A stretch of 64,000 bases of DNA from a virus. A program made the position numbers and the translations under genes. The stretch is from IMG/VR virus record IMGVR_UViG_3300045988_144476; one strand, written 5' to 3'. Below are positions 1-11,100 of this stretch, in pieces. Below the pieces are notes generated by a model. It saw nothing but the letters and a program-made list of their open reading frames with translations, was not told where the DNA came from and made no database searches. The first letter of the stretch is position 1. Every line of letters begins with the position of its first letter.

Positions 1-3000
1 AGTTATAGTTCTGTCTGCAAACACTTTTGTAAATGCTGCGTCCCAATGCTTAAATGTAAAATCATTCTCGACTGTACTTGGAATGGTAGGAGTCTTAATT
101 GGATTTGTAGCTCTTGTCAAAGGATCTTCGCCATCGGCACCAATATCTACATACTGAATATCAAGAACTGTGTGTGCCTCATCAGCATTGACACAGGTGA
201 TTTTGTACTGAACAATAAGAGAATCATAAGTAATTTCAAGTCCAGTCCAAATACCTTTATGGGTATCATTTCCAACATATTCCAGAAGTTCCTGGTTACG
301 AATAACAGGTACATGAATAGTTCCGGTAAGAACTGAATGTTCAGTATTGAATTCGTTTTCATCTTTTCCGGTAAGTTTTGATAATACTTTAAGAATATCT
401 GTGTTTTCCAGATTCCAGTTGATTCCTGTTACGGTTACAGTCTTAAGAGATTTAATAGCTTTCTGAATAATGCCTAAAGCATCAACTTTAGAATTTCTAC
501 AAATGAAAGTTTCAAGATTTTCATAAGAAGGAATTACTAAATCAGTAAGATTCTGTAAATCTCTAAATGTAAGAGCATTGATTGTTGCTGGGAGATAAAC
601 ATGTGTAATCTTTCCGTGTGTAGCAAATGATACAGAAGAAATGATTGTTCCTGATGCATTTAATTTCAGAAGATTTTCACATGCAGAAAGATTAATAGAA
701 CCTGTAAGGTTTGGACAATTCTGAACGTCAAGTTCTTCAAGAAGAGTATTGTTACCCATGTTCAGATTTGTTAAGAAGGAGTTTTGATATCCTTCTTTGT
801 TACTGCCAATAATAAGAGTTTTCAATTTAGATGCTTTTGAGAAATCATTATCATGGATATAACAAGCTGATAAATCGTTTAAAGCTTGGATTCTGGACGC
901 ACAGTAGATTAATACTGCGGTATCATCCATGTTTGTGAGAGTAGTAGTGATTTCATATTCCTGTCCAGCTTTAGCACGTACCTGAGTAGGATTTGCTGAG
1001 TTACCATATAATACGGAGATATACATATCAGAATATGGAATAATTCTTAATGTATAATCTGGTTTAACAACAGCCTGTTTAGGAGTATTACATCTGAACA
1101 TAATCTGGTCAGATTTTACATCTGTGTGAACGAATTTGGTTCCCATATAAGCATGTTGATCACGTTCCCACTGTGCAAGATGATATATTCCACGACCATT
1201 CATCATTTCCTGTAAGAATCTTACAGTGCCTGCTCTATAAGTTCTGAAATATAATCTATCATAATGAAGTCTCCAGAGTTCTTCTGGGAATTGATTCTGC
1301 CAAGCCTTATATTCATTAATCAGATGGGTATCAGACCAACAGTTAGCATCTACGGACTGATACATATTTCTTAATTGTGGTTGCATGAGATCACGGATCC
1401 TACACCATAATGTTGATTCAGCAGCATTAAATACATAACCAGAAGAAGGCTTACCATCTTCTTTATAATCAGTATCTTCTTTTCCATATGGAAAAACTAA
1501 TTCACCACTGTTATTAATTCCAAGCTGAGTATCCATATCATATGCCCAGAAATCAAATCTATATCCATTATGAATTGCAGCAGCATTATCATCTATTGTA
1601 TAATACTGGGCTTTATCTCCAGCTTCAGCAGCTTCAGATGTACTCATGTAATGTTTAGCCCAATGAGGAAAAACATTCTTTGCTCGGTTGTCAATCATGC
1701 TATATCTAAGAGTAACTAAATAGAAGTATAATGTTGTTTCTTTGATAACCCAATCTCCTAAATGAGCAACGAAATCTTCGTCAGAAGAAGTAACTATAAA
1801 TTCATAGAAATCACGCCATATCTGACGGTTGTTTGTACGAATCTTTTCCTTCTCTTCATCTGTAGAAATAGCAGAACCATCTTTAGAATCTCCACAACAA
1901 TCGTATCTAAATTCAAATGATCCGTCCCAATTATTGTAAAGATTGTCATAAGCAGTATTTCCTGCTTTCCATTCTGCTTTTGTAATTGGATATTTTGGTG
2001 TTCCGTCTGGATTTGTTACTCCCGTCTGGAATGCAGAGTTTGGAAGAGTATTATCTGAAATCTCAATACAAAATTCCTTCATATCATCTGGATCATAAGC
2101 TCTTGTAACATCTGTCTTTTTGGAATCACCCATATTGCCTAAACTATAGAAATGCCAATCAGTGTCTTGGAATTCTCTATGAGTAGATACGTCTGGATCG
2201 TTCTCTTTAAGGAAGATTACACAGTTTACGAACTCCATAGAGTTCTTTACTTTCGGATCTCTTTTAGTTCCTGGACTTGTATATGGAAGAAAATCATTAA
2301 ATCTCTTTTGTCCTAATGCGTTTGTAGCCATGTTAGAACTTGCTACATTCACCTTGAAATTCCACCAGTTATTAGGCACTGAATTTCTCGTAAGAGATAT
2401 TTTACCTGTTCCATCAGTAGTTTTACTTCCGTCCCCAAGTTCAAGAATCGTTTTATAATTAGGATCTAATTTGATTTTACTATTAACCTGATGTTCACCA
2501 TCAAAACAACAGATAACATCGATATTTCTTGCAGCAAAACCATATTCATTAGATGTTGTACCCTGGCCAGCATGATAGCAATTGGTAAATTTCCAGTTAT
2601 CAAGAACTGGATCACCATTTGTATAAATACACTGCATGGAGGTATTTTTTACGAAGTCCTTCTTATCATTTGTAAAATGAGGAGCTTCAATTTTAATAAT
2701 TCTCAAATCTGGACATGCTTTTGCAACTGACTCTGGAGTAAGTGAATTATTTTCATCATAAATCTGATTACGTTCATATCTTGCAATCATATCATCAGAA
2801 TCTCTGGCATCCGCAATAAAGTTAGAAAGAATATCTGTATCAGTTAAAGCTGCAGAATAGGCTTTCATTCGATAAACATATACATCACAGTCATCAGAAC
2901 CAATAGTAATTGGTACAGGAGAATATTGATATAATCTATGAACATCATTATATATCATAGGTCTGCTACCAACGCCATCTTCATAAGTCATAACAATAGA

Positions 3001-5751
3001 AGTAGCCCCGTCAGTTTTTGTATCCAAGGCATTGATATTAAATTCATATTCAATAATGTCTTCTTCACTGTATGGAAAATACAGACTATCTGTAGAAGAA
3101 TAAATATTTGCTTCATGAACATTCATTTCAAGACCAACTTTATCATCAGTAGTTGGGATACAAGACAAGAAAGTAGCAGAAGCATCACGAACATTTGTAG
3201 TTTTAAATACAATCTTAAATTCAGAACCTGTCTGTTTCGGATCAGTTCCAAAAAGATTATAATTAATAGTAGCAGTTGTTCCGGCTTTTACACAGAAATA
3301 TTGACTTCCATCTGAATCAAGCTGATATCCACCATTAGACCAGTCAAAGTTATCAGATACAGTCATATTTACATTTGTATGTGTCTTATCTGTCCAAAGT
3401 CTATTTTCGTCACTGTTTGAATATCCTGTTGGATTAAAATCAAATTCAAGATTTGCAGTAACTGGCTCAACATCAATATCCAGTTTTTCAATGTTTGCTT
3501 TTAGAATTTTTGTAACCTTTCGACAGGAAATAGTTAAATTATGGTTTCCAATATCAGATGATTTATAACTCCAGGTCTGCGCTGTACGATTAACAGATAA
3601 TGTAGATACAGTATTTCCATCTATGGCTAATTTTACTGTTGCTGGATTATGATCTGGATCATATACAACATAAGGAATATTTGTCGCATGATACTGCTGA
3701 GTTGTAAATTCTTGCATTGAACAACCAATAATAGGAGTTCTGTCATCCGGATTGACCCATATAATATCTTTAATAATTGTCTCTGACTGAATGTCCTGGT
3801 TATTTACAGTAGCAGTCATATATACTTTAAGTAGGTGCGCTCCGTGAGATTGTTTTGTAAGAACATAGGATAACTGTCTACCAGAGGCAGTAGTGTTGAT
3901 TGAATCTAACTCAACGCCATCAAGAATAAAATGTACTGTTTTATTAATATTTCCATAAGGGATATATCTGAATGAGACTTCATCAGAATAGAAGAGTGTA
4001 TCATTAAAAGAACTCTCTAATTTAAAATCGACAATTGTGATTGTCCATGTTTTCGTTGAGAGAGTGCCTACGCTATCAGTGATTGATAATCTAATAGAAT
4101 TTGTACCTGTTTTAAGAAACTCTGTAAGATCAATACTATTTTTACCCTGACCAACTGTAAGAGTAGAAACCGTTGTATTGTCTATTTTCCAAACCGCTGT
4201 ACCAATACCTGTTGAATCACCAACATTATCAACTGATGACCAGGTATATTCAATAACAGATTTATTACCCAATAAGAAAATGGCATCAGCTGGAGTAATA
4301 CGTTCAATTGTCATTGTAGAAGTAGTAGTTCCACCACCGCCTCCACCTTGAATTGTAAATGTTTTAATGGTTTCTCCATTTTCTTTCCAGTAGAAAATAT
4401 TATCAGCATAATCAACATCATATTCAGTGGATGCCGGATTTTCTTCTAATTTTTTAACCCTTCCTTCCAGAGTATCAAAATTCGTTCCTAAACTATCAAC
4501 GGCTTCTTTATTTCCGTCAACAGTCTGTTTCATATTTGCTACTGAGTTAGTAGCTTGCGACACATCTTTTTTAATTTGTGGAATCTCAGTTTTTTTTACT
4601 TCATCCAGAGAAGATGTTAAGTTGGTAATTTTCTGTTCATCCTTGGTCTGCTGCTCTTGAATAGACTGAATACTATTGTTAATAGGAGTAATGTTGGCAG
4701 TTACCCATTCAGTAGAAGGATCAATAGAACCAATATTAACAGAAGTAATAGGTTCTTCAACGCCTTCTTGATAAAAACTTAAAATACCTTTGCCATCAGA
4801 AGTAGTATATTTTGCTCGTAATTTAGATAGACTGTCAATGTCAATTACCGCATGAGCAATTTCCTTTTTGCTATCCTTGTATAATAAGGTAAGTGTCTGA
4901 TTTGCTTTTGTATAAGAAATATCAAGATTTGCCAATCCATCCATATTATCAATGGCATTTTTGAGTAAGGAAATAGAATCATTAATATGTTTTTCTTGTG
5001 TGTCAACTTCCGTTTTAGTATAATAATTTACTAAAGAAGACGTATTATTAATTTCATCTCTAATCTCACTCATGACGGATTCTTTGATGTTGTTTAGTTT
5101 TTCATTAACTTCTGTAGCAGCATTTTTGGCTTTTGTAGCAGCTTGTTTTGCTTCTTCTGTATATCCAACAATCTTCTTTTCAAAAGAAGTCATCCATCCA
5201 GAATCTGAAGGCTCAATTGCTCCATTAATATCAATTCCCTGTAAAATATTAATTTTTCCATTTGGTCTTGTACTCCAAGCATAAACCAAATTACCAATTT
5301 GTCCTGTTGCACGAATTTCAAATATATATTCACCTGGGGTTTTAGTAAGTTTATCATCAATTAGCCATCCAAAACAGATATATTGACTATTTCGTTTTAC
5401 ATTAACTACAGGATATTCCCCAGGATTTCCACCAGTTAATTTATCGCTATAGCGAACACAAAAAGTCATTTCTGATAAATCAATTCCATCGTAAAATCTT
5501 GGAATTCTAAATGGTATGTACTGGCTGTTTGATTCCTGTGTAATGTTAATCTGAGAAGAATCCATTGTGATATTTTTATTATTATCTACAGTAGAATACT
5601 TCTCATCAATATATTGTGAATATTGATCATAACCACTTACAATTTCATAATCATCTCCAGCATATACATCCATATCATCATCAACTGAAGCAAGCGTCAT
5701 TACTTCGGATGATGCAGCCATAGCTTTTCTTTTTACGTCTTTAAATGACAT
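1..5751 (-). CDS. giant tail fibre / adhesin-like virion protein, partial (>=1917 aa, C-terminus beyond the left window edge)
   Basis: The minus-strand frame is open from ATG 5751-5749 (RBS AGGAGGAAGCAA upstream) to base 1, checked codon by codon on many lines. It is absent from the ORF track only because no stop lies in the window. Manual translation shows a coiled-coil N-part, a GGGGGG linker (~4330-4350), Ig-like repeats, a CotH-like stretch (DNRAKNVF..FDFWAYDMDTQLG, ~1500-1720) and leucine-rich repeats (~400-900). It is the last gene of the tail module. Confidence 0.8.
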   Translation of the reverse strand, partial: MSFKDVKRKAMAASSEVMTLASVDDDMDVYAGDDYEIVSGYDQYSQYIDEKYSTVDNNKNITMDSSQINITQESNSQYIPFRIPRFYDGIDLSEMTFCVRYSDKLTGGNPGEYPVVNVKRNSQYICFGWLIDDKLTKTPGEYIFEIRATGQIGNLVYAWSTRPNGKINILQGIDINGAIEPSDSGWMTSFEKKIVGYTEEAKQAATKAKNAATEVNEKLNNIKESVMSEIRDEINNTSSLVNYYTKTEVDTQEKHINDSISLLKNAIDNMDGLANLDISYTKANQTLTLLYKDSKKEIAHAVIDIDSLSKLRAKYTTSDGKGILSFYQEGVEEPITSVNIGSIDPSTEWVTANITPINNSIQSIQEQQTKDEQKITNLTSSLDEVKKTEIPQIKKDVSQATNSVANMKQTVDGNKEAVDSLGTNFDTLEGRVKKLEENPASTEYDVDYADNIFYWKENGETIKTFTIQGGGGGGTTTSTMTIERITPADAIFLLGNKSVIEYTWSSVDNVGDSTGIGTAVWKIDNTTVSTLTVGQGKNSIDLTEFLKTGTNSIRLSITDSVGTLSTKTWTITIVDFKLESSFNDTLFYSDEVSFRYIPYGNINKTVHFILDGVELDSINTTASGRQLSYVLTKQSHGAHLLKVYMTATVNNQDIQSETIIKDIIWVNPDDRTPIIGCSMQEFTTQQYHATNIPYVVYDPDHNPATVKLAIDGNTVSTLSVNRTAQTWSYKSSDIGNHNLTISCRKVTKILKANIEKLDIDVEPVTANLEFDFNPTGYSNSDENRLWTDKTHTNVNMTVSDNFDWSNGGYQLDSDGSQYFCVKAGTTATINYNLFGTDPKQTGSEFKIVFKTTNVRDASATFLSCIPTTDDKVGLEMNVHEANIYSSTDSLYFPYSEEDIIEYEFNINALDTKTDGATSIVMTYEDGVGSRPMIYNDVHRLYQYSPVPITIGSDDCDVYVYRMKAYSAALTDTDILSNFIADARDSDDMIARYERNQIYDENNSLTPESVAKACPDLRIIKIEAPHFTNDKKDFVKNTSMQCIYTNGDPVLDNWKFTNCYHAGQGTTSNEYGFAARNIDVICCFDGEHQVNSKIKLDPNYKTILELGDGSKTTDGTGKISLTRNSVPNNWWNFKVNVASSNMATNALGQKRFNDFLPYTSPGTKRDPKVKNSMEFVNCVIFLKENDPDVSTHREFQDTDWHFYSLGNMGDSKKTDVTRAYDPDDMKEFCIEISDNTLPNSAFQTGVTNPDGTPKYPITKAEWKAGNTAYDNLYNNWDGSFEFRYDCCGDSKDGSAISTDEEKEKIRTNNRQIWRDFYEFIVTSSDEDFVAHLGDWVIKETTLYFYLVTLRYSMIDNRAKNVFPHWAKHYMSTSEAAEAGDKAQYYTIDDNAAAIHNGYRFDFWAYDMDTQLGINNSGELVFPYGKEDTDYKEDGKPSSGYVFNAAESTLWCRIRDLMQPQLRNMYQSVDANCWSDTHLINEYKAWQNQFPEELWRLHYDRLYFRTYRAGTVRFLQEMMNGRGIYHLAQWERDQHAYMGTKFVHTDVKSDQIMFRCNTPKQAVVKPDYTLRIIPYSDMYISVLYGNSANPTQVRAKAGQEYEITTTLTNMDDTAVLIYCASRIQALNDLSACYIHDNDFSKASKLKTLIIGSNKEGYQNSFLTNLNMGNNTLLEELDVQNCPNLTGSINLSACENLLKLNASGTIISSVSFATHGKITHVYLPATINALTFRDLQNLTDLVIPSYENLETFICRNSKVDALGIIQKAIKSLKTVTVTGINWNLENTDILKVLSKLTGKDENEFNTEHSVLTGTIHVPVIRNQELLEYVGNDTHKGIWTGLEITYDSLIVQYKITCVNADEAHTVLDIQYVDIGADGEDPLTRATNPIKTPTIPSTVENDFTFKHWDAAFTKVFADRTIT

Positions 5752-5763
5752 TTGCTTCCTCCT

Positions 5764-6486
5764 TTATTTCAAAAGTTTATCTAAATTAACCATCTGCATA
5801 CTCGGAATTTGGTCTAAATTTACAACACCATCTTGAGTACCGTCTGGATCTTTTCCTGTAAGGTCTTCAGCTATAAGAGTAGATAAATTAGTAACTTCAA
5901 TACCTTCTCCAGTATCATTTCCATCTCTATCTGTCAGAATAACTTTTCTGTCTTCAGTATTAATATGAATATCCTTTACCATTCCGTTATAAGCATTTTC
6001 TGCCATAGACATCATATCTTTCTGAAGTGCTTCCATAACAAGTAATCTCTGATCAATTTCATCAAGCATTTCATCAGGCTCGTATTTAGCAAAGGCAGCA
6101 AGAGGAGAAATATGGATAACTCCTGACTGAGTTTTACGAACATAAGAAGTAGTAGAATCATCTTCATTAGATACTAATTTAAGAAATGTGAATGATACTT
6201 CAATATCACCAGCTTCTGCAGTTAAATAAGCTTCTGCTGGAATTAAGTACTGTATATAATCAGTTTCATATGCCAGATCATTTGGTTCTAGTTTAATCAT
6301 TTTAATCTTACCTGTAACAGGAAGAACATATCTCATGTAAACTGTACAATCTGACATATCAATTTGTTCTCTATATAATTTTGCGACCACAATCTGTATT
6401 TGATCTACATAATCGCTTCTCTCAATAATCTTTTCTTTTACTGTAGTCACAACAGTATTTTCATCAGTAATTTTTAAGGTATACAT
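5764..6486 (-). CDS. hypothetical tail-fibre-module protein (240 aa)
   Basis: ATG start with AAGGAGG RBS and 12-nt spacing to both neighbours. No recognisable motif. Confidence 0.7.
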   Translation of the reverse strand: MYTLKITDENTVVTTVKEKIIERSDYVDQIQIVVAKLYREQIDMSDCTVYMRYVLPVTGKIKMIKLEPNDLAYETDYIQYLIPAEAYLTAEAGDIEVSFTFLKLVSNEDDSTTSYVRKTQSGVIHISPLAAFAKYEPDEMLDEIDQRLLVMEALQKDMMSMAENAYNGMVKDIHINTEDRKVILTDRDGNDTGEGIEVTNLSTLIAEDLTGKDPDGTQDGVVNLDQIPSMQMVNLDKLLK

Positions 6487-6497
6487 TGTGGCCTCCT

Positions 6498-7166
6498 TTA
6501 TTGTATAAGTTTTGAAAATTCTGTAATAGTAATCGCACTTGACATAGGCGTAGTTTCAACCCAATCTGTCCATTTAAAATTTAAATTAGATTTTAAACAA
6601 AATCGTTCGAAGCTTCTATATGAATTTTCGTTTGTAAGATATACTCTTTGATATAAATTTACATCATCACGATCACCTTGAATGGATCTATGTTCTCCAA
6701 AAGTAGAATATCCAGATAACTTAACAGGTGCATTAGATACTTTTGTTGAATCATCGTTCTTGTACCAACCTGTATTATTTATTTTATTCCAATCAGTTAC
6801 AGTATTTCTGTACTGTTTTCCTATTTTTAGGTTAATCTCGCTGACATCATCACATGTCTCACGAAGCACCTGAGTAATACATTCTTCTTTACCTAAACCA
6901 TTTATGCTAATTATTTGATTAATGTCATCTATCGACTTGTCTTGAGTATTATTAACTTCTTTTATATTCAATATATCTTTATTATTTTGTGCGAGTTTAT
7001 CTTCAACAGGTTTTAATCTGTCACCAACAGCTTTTGCGTCAGCAAACATTCCTTTTTCTCTTAAAGTAGCATCAGATACCGGAAGAGCATCTAATGCCGG
7101 ATAATATACTTTAACTAATCCTGATGTAGTTTCAATATATTCAATACTATTATTACTATTAGCCAT
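6498..7166 (-). CDS. putative tail fibre / receptor-binding protein (222 aa)
   Basis: Sits in the distal tail module. Coiled-coil-like N-half and aromatic-rich globular C-half. RBS GGAAAGGTG. Function is inferred from context only. Confidence 0.45.
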   Translation of the reverse strand: MANSNNSIEYIETTSGLVKVYYPALDALPVSDATLREKGMFADAKAVGDRLKPVEDKLAQNNKDILNIKEVNNTQDKSIDDINQIISINGLGKEECITQVLRETCDDVSEINLKIGKQYRNTVTDWNKINNTGWYKNDDSTKVSNAPVKLSGYSTFGEHRSIQGDRDDVNLYQRVYLTNENSYRSFERFCLKSNLNFKWTDWVETTPMSSAITITEFSKLIQ

Positions 7167-7192
7167 TTTTACACCTTTCCTTTCCTATAAAG

Positions 7193-7216
7193 AAAAGGCC
7201 ATTAAAATGACCTTTT
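7193..7216 (-). terminator. hairpin terminator-like element (could act in both directions)
   Basis: AAAAGGCCATT/AATGACCTTTT hairpin of 10 bp with one mismatch, flanked by A and T runs, between two co-directional genes. Confidence 0.5.
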
Positions 7217-7221
7217 CAAAA

Positions 7222-7665
7222 TTATTTCATTTGATATATTTTTTTACCCAAAATTTTATAATATGGTTTTACATCTGATTTATATCCAAAAATATAACAG
7301 TCAATCCAATCCATAAGAGGAATTACCCATGCTGCAATCAGCATCCATAACAATGAAAATGGCAAACATACCATACCATCAATATTCATTGGCATATTTC
7401 TGTAATCCCAAATATGATAATCTGCATTAAAAATAACACCAAATATATATTCTACAAATGTTGCAAATATTGTACATAGGACTAACTGCAATAGAAAATC
7501 AACTTCATATGAAAACTGATTATTTAAAACGACCATAGGAATAACACAAATAGAAGCACAAAACATCATGGTAATATCAGATCTGCCTCTAAACAATAAT
7601 TCAAGACATACATAAATATATCCAGAAAATGTGAATAATAATACATATTTCATGAAAGATTTCAT
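7222..7665 (-). CDS. polytopic membrane protein, CmpB/DUF1113-like (Pfam PF06541-like, recalled from memory)
   Basis: About four hydrophobic helices. Motifs LELLFRG and IWDYRNMPMNIDG resemble that family. Confidence 0.5.
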   Translation of the reverse strand: MKSFMKYVLLFTFSGYIYVCLELLFRGRSDITMMFCASICVIPMVVLNNQFSYEVDFLLQLVLCTIFATFVEYIFGVIFNADYHIWDYRNMPMNIDGMVCLPFSLLWMLIAAWVIPLMDWIDCYIFGYKSDVKPYYKILGKKIYQMK

Positions 7666-7668
7666 ATA

Positions 7669-8097
7669 TTATTCCTCTTTCTTATTCAATTCTTCATCCT
7701 TGTTTTCCTCTTCTTTTTCAGGAAGTACAAGAAAATCTTCAATAAGAACGTACTGACTTGGAGTAGCAGTAGCACAATATGGCATTATAAAATCATCTTT
7801 TGGAATCTGATAAAGATCTACATTTACTTCAAGAGCAGCAATAGGGTCTACTTTTTCTGTAAACTTTTTAATTGCTTCTGTATCCTTTTCATCAATATAA
7901 ACTCGCCCGTCTTCAGACTTTTTACCAAATTCATTTAAAGCATCGTTGATTACTTTTTCATAATCTTTAACTTCATTTTCAAGAATACGAATGTTTCTAT
8001 AAATTGCATATCCTGTTGGTCCAGAAGCACCATCTGTAAATCCTGGCTGATTTAATGTATTCAGTAAATATTTTATAATTCCATTTGTGATTTTCAT
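7669..8097 (-). CDS. hypothetical protein (142 aa, acidic C-terminus)
   Basis: ATG start, tightly packed in the operon. Confidence 0.7.
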   Translation of the reverse strand: MKITNGIIKYLLNTLNQPGFTDGASGPTGYAIYRNIRILENEVKDYEKVINDALNEFGKKSEDGRVYIDEKDTEAIKKFTEKVDPIAALEVNVDLYQIPKDDFIMPYCATATPSQYVLIEDFLVLPEKEEENKDEELNKKEE

Positions 8098-8118
8098 GTT
8101 AAATATCTCCTTTTATCC

Positions 8119-11100
8119 TTATTTTATTTTATCTTTTAATTTTTCTAATTCTGCTTGCAATTGTTTTACCTGATTCTGTAAGTCTATAATAATTGAATTG
8201 GCATTTGTATCAGAACTTGATATCTTAGATGTGAACATAGGGTTTGATAGTAATTGCTGAATAACTTCAGCACTAACTGTAAAATTAGAACCATTATTAG
8301 ATTTTCCTTGAATTGATCCGGCATCATGAGAACTTGCATTTACCATACCTTCAAGTAATGAATTATAGTCATCCCTCTTAGATGCATATTGAATCATATT
8401 TGAAAATGTGATTTCCATTGATTCATCAAGATCACACGGATTATAAGAAATCTTGATTAATCTTAATGTAATAAAAGTATTATCATTTAATTCTATATGT
8501 ACATAATCATTAACATTAAATCTGTCATGATAATCTTTTAGTTCAGGAAGTGCGTATATGTTCTCAATAGAATCTGAGTATATGTACTGAGGATGCGATT
8601 CAACATATAGCTCCTTTACTGCATCATCAAATAATTTCTTTACCTGTTTGACGGCTGTAACACTTGTATCAAGATCTGTAATTTCAATGTTTTCATTTGA
8701 GTAATTAGCCTGTCTGTACAAATGTGTAAGAATAATAAATTCTTCATTTGTAAAAGCCTCATTTAATAATTCGTCAGAAGATAAAATTCCTTGTAAATAT
8801 TTATAATTAGTATCCATATCTATATTATAGTCAGATTTCCAGTTCTTTCCCCAGTTTTTTATATCAACATCTTTAGCTATGAATAATCTCATATTATTTG
8901 CTTTATTAATACCACCATCAAAAGTATATAAGATTGGTATTGTTTTATCATTTTTATCGTTAATAGGTTTCCCATTATCATCAAGCTTTATATCACCAAT
9001 ATCAATATTGGTAACAGTACCCGTCTGTAGTTCATCATATTCTGCCTGGCGTTTTTTTAGAGCATCACTTGCCTGTTTAACTAAATTTTCATAATCCTTA
9101 TAGCACTGATTCATTTGTGAGTAATAATCCAAATCACATCCAAGATCAGAATTATAAGTATTATTAAAACCTTTCTTCTTTAATTCAAGCATGCAGTTTT
9201 CATAGGTTTTAATTTTTACTTTCAGCTCATCAATACCATATAAGTCCCAGTTAGTCTCATATGCCTTAATGTCATCATTATTTTCAATGAAATATCCAAA
9301 TCCGGCATTTAAAATATTCGATTCGTTACTTTTATAATTGTTGTATTCGTCTTCAGACAATTCTTCCAATTGCATACCGCAAATATAAAATGGTAAGGTA
9401 TTTCTATAATCAATACCTGCGGCAGTATATGCGACAAACGCTACATCTATTAATGTAGTATTTTTATCAGTTTTAAAGAGTAGCCAACATTTTTTCCAGT
9501 CATTTGCTTTTTTTATAACATATGATTTGTTGGATGCAGGGGTGTATTTATTTGATGATTTTGCATATGATAATTGGAATCCACCAGCGTTCGGTATACC
9601 AGACGCTTTTATATAACAGCTTAAACAATAATAACTTTCTACGTTTACAGATATTTTAGACTGAATAATACCAAAATTTCCTGCGAATTTATCTACTTTT
9701 GATGAAATATTTTCATTTCCTACATCAGGAACATAATCATCTTCGTATACTCCAATGATCTCATTCCCATCTTCATCATATATTTTTTCTGTTATATCAT
9801 AAAATTTAAATCCTCTTGTAATTCCTTTACATTGAGAAAGATCAATAGTAATATCATCAGTAATACAGTTAGTATATAATCTATTGCAAACTATCCAGTC
9901 AGTATTTATTACAACTGGATTAACATTGGATAGAAGATTGCCGTTTCCGGTAATCTTAAATTGAGCCTTATTTAATTTCTTGTCGGGATCATTCTCAAAC
10001 AGTTTATTAAGTTCTTTTATAGCTTCAGACCCATCGACACCCTTTGAATGAAGAGCAGCAATAATAGAGGGGAGAGCGTAATCCATAATAGAACTATATA
10101 AATTCCAGTCACTTTTATGTTTTTTTAGTTCGTCTAAACTAAAATTCTTATCAGCATCTACATATAAATTTTCTAAACCTAATATAATAGCAACATTTGA
10201 ATTATATGCTGATTTTAAATCTTTTACAGAAGATGAGAACCAATCAGTTTGAACACTATCAGTAGGTACACGATTAACCAATTCTGTCTGTTTTTCATTG
10301 ATATAAGCATATACTTTTGAGTTGAAAATATAATCTTTTCTCTTATCTTCCTTATACTCAATATATCTTTTATATTTCTCTTGTAATGATTTTGGCATAT
10401 ATTGATCATTAATAAAATGAGAAATATCCGTTATAACCGAATCACCAAAGTTTACGACATCAACATTATAGTCATTTGCGCCAGATACATAGAACTGAGT
10501 TATGAGACTGGTGTCTCTTGAAATTGATACATTATTCTGAATATTCCTAAATCCTAAGAACAATTCTGTATCAGTCCCTAATCCTTCAGGCCTATAAGCA
10601 TTAATAGTCATATTAACTGTATCAAATTCAAATACACATCGACAAATTCCTGCAACTTCCTGAGTAAGGAATGAATATACAGATTTATTGTCTACGTCAT
10701 AATAATATTTGTAATCCTTTAAAAGAGCTGTATCGCTTGTATCATTTGACTCTGAAGGAGTAGAATCAACGTATCCGACATGCCATCCTAAAACATCTGC
10801 TCCAGAATGCTTAAGTACCAAATCTAAAAGACTAAGTTCTGGACATTCTGAATTATATAAAACTACAGAAAAATATTCTCCGGAATCAAAATCCGGATCA
10901 TGGTCTGGATTATCTTTATGATTTAAGTCATAATTTTTTTTATATTGGATTTCATATGAACCCTCATCGCCAGTATTTATTTTAAATGTATTTAACATAT
11001 ATTGGGATAATGTTACTTCATATGATTCTGCAGTAACTTCTTTGGTTTCCTGTAATCCATCAAAACTAACAGAAGGAGGATCGACAATTTTAAACCATAT

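Noticed and set aside
1-5750. An apparent 5.7-kb coding desert in the ORF track, which suggested stop-codon reassignment (TAG or TGA recoding, as in crAss-like and Lak phages).
   Set aside because: One minus-strand frame is completely open in the standard code from 5751 to base 1. The track simply omits ORFs that lack a stop inside the window, and the same applies at 63726-64000. All other genes also read through in the standard code.
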